Below, one piece after another: positions 60,507 through 64,000 of a stretch of 64,000 nucleotides of DNA (within the stretch, counting starts at the first letter, position 1; each line of letters opens with the position of its first letter). The translations under genes were made by a program, and so were the position numbers. Below the pieces are notes generated by a model. That model saw only the letters and a list, made by a program, of their open reading frames with translations, did no database searches and was not told the DNA's origin. The stretch comes from Nitrosopumilus sp. (GTDB lineage: Archaea; Thermoproteota; Nitrososphaeria; Nitrososphaerales; Nitrosopumilaceae), in the NCBI GenBank assembly GCA_965219345.1, contig OZ244732.1, positions 480,001 to 544,000 on the forward strand, in the 5' to 3' direction.

Positions 60507-61622
60507 ATGGATGAAATATCATACGTTGTAGTTTTCCCAAACATATTTTCAAAAAATAAAATTTCACATTTAATTACAAATATCAAAAAAATTCTCAAAA
60601 TTAAAGATCAGCAGTTCAAATCGGTAAAACGTGATGGTGATGTAATTTTAGTTGATGCAAACGATCCTGTATTTGCATCATCTGCTATCAATCTACTTTT
60701 TGGTATTGAAAAAATTGCAATCGCAAGGCAAATAAAAAATAATTTTCAGGATATTGTTTCAGAGATTACATCTATAGGCGGAAATCTTCTCTTAAAGGGT
60801 GAGAAATTTCTAGTAAAAGTTGAAGGAACATCAAAAGGATTTCTTACAAAAGATATTGAGATTGCATCAACATCAAATATAATAGAAAAAAAATCAAATC
60901 TTGGAGCTCATCCTGGAACAGAAGAAAATTATGATAAATTGTTGTATACATATCTAACAAAAAATAACGCATACATCTGTATTTTCTCAGATAAAGGTAC
61001 GGGAGGAATTCCATATCAATCACAAAATCAGAAAGTAATTTGTGCAGTATATGATGAGATATCTGCAGTTTCTTGCTTTGAGACAATAAAGCAAGGTTAT
61101 GATACTAAGATCATAGTTTGTTATAGACAAAAATCAGAATTGGTAAATCTAGCTAAAATAATTAATCAAATAATTCCAAGACTAGTACAAGATAAAATTG
61201 AATTAGAATTCTTTCAACTAAAAATAAAACCAAATGGAATTAAAAATTATTTGATTTATGTAAATTCGATATTAGAGATAATGCTACAACATTCAAACAA
61301 CTATGTATCACTGGCTTTATCACCACTAGTATTTTCTACAGACTTTATTGAAAAATCATTAAAAGAAGTATTTGAAAAGGAGAAAATTCCAATAATTCCA
61401 CTTGCTGGAGTAGACACTAATCTGTTTAATGAAGCAAAAGAGATAGGATTAGAAAGAAATATCAAAAAATTAGAAAAAATAATCACAGTCAGTTCAGCTG
61501 AAATTCCAATTTTTTCAAAAAAAGAAGTAGAGTTTGCGCTTAAAACAAAGAAAAAGATTTCAGTTCAGGTAGGACCTAACAATGTTCATGATATTTTGGA
61601 TTCCCTAGAGGAGAATCACTGA
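60507..61622 (+). CDS. ThiI-like THUMP-domain protein with degenerate PP-loop
   Basis: LFGI, THUMP-like region, GTGGIP linker; SGGxDS replaced by VYDEIS; start set at ATG 60507. Confidence 0.7.
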   Translation: MDEISYVVVFPNIFSKNKISHLITNIKKILKIKDQQFKSVKRDGDVILVDANDPVFASSAINLLFGIEKIAIARQIKNNFQDIVSEITSIGGNLLLKGEKFLVKVEGTSKGFLTKDIEIASTSNIIEKKSNLGAHPGTEENYDKLLYTYLTKNNAYICIFSDKGTGGIPYQSQNQKVICAVYDEISAVSCFETIKQGYDTKIIVCYRQKSELVNLAKIINQIIPRLVQDKIELEFFQLKIKPNGIKNYLIYVNSILEIMLQHSNNYVSLALSPLVFSTDFIEKSLKEVFEKEKIPIIPLAGVDTNLFNEAKEIGLERNIKKLEKIITVSSAEIPIFSKKEVEFALKTKKKISVQVGPNNVHDILDSLEENH

Positions 61623-61652
61623 GAATTTAAACGGCACATTTGATTTCATATT

Positions 61653-62888
61653 GTGCTCAAAATAGGAGAATTCATCTATCCATGGGGAAGTGGTCATTAT
61701 TCCCGAATGATGAGGCTAAATGAGGTTTTAGGAGATTATATTAAAGAAAAATTTGAGGTTCATTTTTCAAGTAAAGATCATGTTTATGAGAAATTATTAA
61801 AAAAATTTCCAGATGAGAAAGAGAAAATTCATGAAATTTTAATGCCAACGCCAATTGATGGAAAATTTGGTCCAAGTGTTTCAATGTCATTGATGAACTT
61901 GCTATTACCAATTTCAAGAAACCCTCCATTAGTAAGACAAATTGCAAACTATTTGAGAGAAGAAAGAAAACTGTACGATAACGAAAAATTTGATCTCGTG
62001 ATCAATGATGGAGATATGGGTTCAAATATTTTGGCAAATAATAGAAACATTCCAAGTTTGTTTATAACAAATCAGTTCAGACCTAAGCTATACAATTCAA
62101 GATCATATCTTTATCCATCGTTAATTTTTATTGCAAAACAAATTACTAAAGCATCAAAAATTCTCGTTGCTGATTCACCACCACCATATACTATGTGTGA
62201 ATATAATCTAAATTTCATTAAAGAGGCAGAAGAAAAAGTAATCTATGTAGGACATTTTACAAATAATAAGCAATTCAAAAAAGAAGACAGATCAGATCTT
62301 GAAAAATTAGTTGAGAATAATGAATTTGGTTACTGGATGAGAACTGGAAACAAATCAACTAATGATGGGACTGGTCAGAGATATGAAGAAGTATTTACTA
62401 AAGATGAAATGATAAATGAAAAAAGAATCATTTCACATGCAAGAAATGATCCAAACATTGATTCTGTAATTGGAAAAGATGGTAGGAGATATTCAATCTC
62501 AGAGGCTTTGGATAAAAAAATAGAATGGATACAAATCGATATTGGTTTTCTTTCAGAACAAGAAAAAGATACGATCCTAAATTTATGTAAATATGCAGTT
62601 GTTAATGGTTCTCATACTGTAATGGGTGAAATTATGGGTGGAAAATCAAAGCCAATAATTGGAATTCCAATTTATGATGAGCATACAAATAACATCAGAT
62701 GGGCAGAAGAGAAGAATTTGGGCGTATTAGCTACAAAAACAAATCAAGTAACCAAGGCAATATCCAAAATTAAAGAGAATTATGAGGAATTTGAAGAAAA
62801 TTTGAGTGAATTTTCAAAGAATTTTGTTCCTAATGGAGCAGAAAATTCAGCAAAGACAGTGGCTCAGACTCTAGAAGAAAAGAGATAA
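61653..62888 (+). CDS. GT-B glycosyltransferase (MurG/GT28-like)
   Basis: WGSGHYSR, DLVINDG, YVG, NGSHTVMGE..KP.IGIP..EH..N. Confidence 0.8.
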   Translation: MLKIGEFIYPWGSGHYSRMMRLNEVLGDYIKEKFEVHFSSKDHVYEKLLKKFPDEKEKIHEILMPTPIDGKFGPSVSMSLMNLLLPISRNPPLVRQIANYLREERKLYDNEKFDLVINDGDMGSNILANNRNIPSLFITNQFRPKLYNSRSYLYPSLIFIAKQITKASKILVADSPPPYTMCEYNLNFIKEAEEKVIYVGHFTNNKQFKKEDRSDLEKLVENNEFGYWMRTGNKSTNDGTGQRYEEVFTKDEMINEKRIISHARNDPNIDSVIGKDGRRYSISEALDKKIEWIQIDIGFLSEQEKDTILNLCKYAVVNGSHTVMGEIMGGKSKPIIGIPIYDEHTNNIRWAEEKNLGVLATKTNQVTKAISKIKENYEEFEENLSEFSKNFVPNGAENSAKTVAQTLEEKR

Positions 62889-62910
62889 TACATTATTTTG
62901 AGAATTTTAC

Positions 62911-62982
62911 TCATCTGGCACGCGGGATTTCGATGGGCGAACGGACCGCAAGGGATGATGAAAAAATCCGCGTGTCAGATGA
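62911..62982 (+). ncRNA. Candidate structured non-coding RNA (long hairpin, GNRA loop, C-box-like motif)
   Basis: TCATCTGGCACGCGG(G)ATTT pairs with AAATCCGCGTGTCAGATGA including a G-U pair; inner CC-GCAA-GG; ATGATGA; GC-rich in an AT-rich intergenic region. Confidence 0.6.
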
Positions 62983-63041
62983 ATATCGATCAATTAAGAA
63001 TGTGGGAACGCTTTTATGGAAAAAATTAAGCCAAATCATCA

Positions 63042-63350
63042 GTGCCTAACTGCCCAGAATGTACATCAAGAGAGAAAAAGAAGATTCAATCAAAATACGA
63101 AGCTGACACTCCAGAAGAAGATAGAGGTAGAGACGATTTATACAAATTGTTTGATGAGATTGAAATTCCAATGAAAATGGATCCTGCCACAAAGCATTTC
63201 ATTTGTAAAAGATGTGGATTATACGCGACAAGAGAACAGATATCAGATATCAGATACAAACTTAATCAAAAAGAGAAAACACGTGAAGACAAACATGATG
63301 ACTATCTTGATTGGTGGTCAAAAAGTAAAAAAGAAAAACAAGAAATTTAG
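63042..63350 (+). CDS. Zinc-ribbon hypothetical protein
   Basis: CPEC...CKRCG, YLDWW. Confidence 0.75.
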   Translation: MPNCPECTSREKKKIQSKYEADTPEEDRGRDDLYKLFDEIEIPMKMDPATKHFICKRCGLYATREQISDIRYKLNQKEKTREDKHDDYLDWWSKSKKEKQEI

Positions 63351-63364
63351 AGTGATTTTAGTAT

Positions 63365-63763
63365 ATGGTAAAAAAGAAAGATGATATTCCAGATTGGGTT
63401 TCTGATGAAATTCAAAATGCAAAATTTGAGAAACCAGAAGAAATGAAAAAAACTGGATACATTCTTGAATTTTATGATGCAGATAACAAAATGGATGTAC
63501 AGTTGTATGATCCTGTAGAAGATGGAAGACATATAGTTACAATGGATTTGCAAAAAAAAATTAAAATTAAAGAGTTAGAGAAAGGAACTGTTTATGAGTT
63601 TATTTTTGATCAACACAAAGCACCACTTAGCAAAAAAGTTTCAGAATTTCTAGAACAAGAAAAAGAAATTGATATGAATGCAATTTACCAATTTGAATTA
63701 AAGTCACTTGAATTGTTAGATGTAGGCTCTAGTGAGACTGTAGATGATGATTCAGAAGAATAA
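63365..63763 (+). CDS. Acidic hypothetical protein
   Basis: 132-aa ORF co-oriented with the upstream gene, host-like codon usage. Confidence 0.7.
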   Translation: MVKKKDDIPDWVSDEIQNAKFEKPEEMKKTGYILEFYDADNKMDVQLYDPVEDGRHIVTMDLQKKIKIKELEKGTVYEFIFDQHKAPLSKKVSEFLEQEKEIDMNAIYQFELKSLELLDVGSSETVDDDSEE

Positions 63764-63765
63764 AG

Positions 63766-64000
63766 CTAGTCTTGTTTTGTAGAATCTAACTGCTTTTTGA
63801 AAGATTTTCCTAAAATTGGATTTATGAAATATGGAAATGTATTTTTCATCCATACTGCACCACGTACTACAGATGGAACTATGATTTCCAGTCTTGAAGA
63901 ATTTGCTGCTTTCAAGATAGTTTTTGCTACTGTTTTAGAACTAAGTGATGTTGGTGAGTATTTTGGCATTTTTTCAAACGAAGGATGATCAAAAAAGTCA
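63766..64000 (-). CDS. C-terminal part of a short-chain dehydrogenase/reductase (5'-partial)
   Basis: ..FFDHPSFEKMPKYSPTSLSSKTVAKTILKA...EIIVP..; frame open to the window end. Confidence 0.6.
   Translation of the reverse strand, partial: DFFDHPSFEKMPKYSPTSLSSKTVAKTILKAANSSRLEIIVPSVVRGAVWMKNTFPYFINPILGKSFKKQLDSTKQD

Noticed and set aside
1948-61947. Numerous 60-190 aa antisense or alternate-frame ORFs inside core genes (e.g. 1948..2190, 10786..11217, 14358..14930, 36289..36564)
   Set aside because: Fully nested in well-supported genes and lacking motifs; expected shadow ORFs

Overview
AT-rich archaeal chromosome segment whose gene content and order point to a Nitrosopumilus-like ammonia-oxidising archaeon (Nitrososphaerota/Thaumarchaeota); this assignment is an inference. 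Most of the window is core genome: rpl2, cdc48, gatDE, grpE-dnaK-dnaJ, RPA, lhr, metK, two anaerobic cobalamin (cbi) clusters, aIF2 alpha/gamma, priSL, glyS, nth, AcnX-type mevalonate genes, an ESCRT-III/CdvB paralog, sat/cysH and three tRNAs (Leu-CAG, Gln-TTG, Gly-CCC). The main accessory block (about 3.7-8.2 kb, higher GC) lies between cdc48 and gatD. It holds a decayed IS110-family element and a secreted beta-propeller repeat protein with a C12 tract in its putative promoter. The left non-coding end of the IS folds by eye into a two-loop bridge-RNA-like structure whose loop sequences match the element's own insertion flanks and right end. Other notable signals: a 36-bp exact duplication around a 40-bp insert in a pseudogene, a displaced copy of the glyS 3' end (integration scar), a 12 x 24-bp repeat in dnaK, a glutamate-racemase homolog with both catalytic Cys replaced by Ser, and an unassigned GC-rich structured RNA candidate near 62.9 kb. 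All product calls come from motif recognition; no database searches were run.
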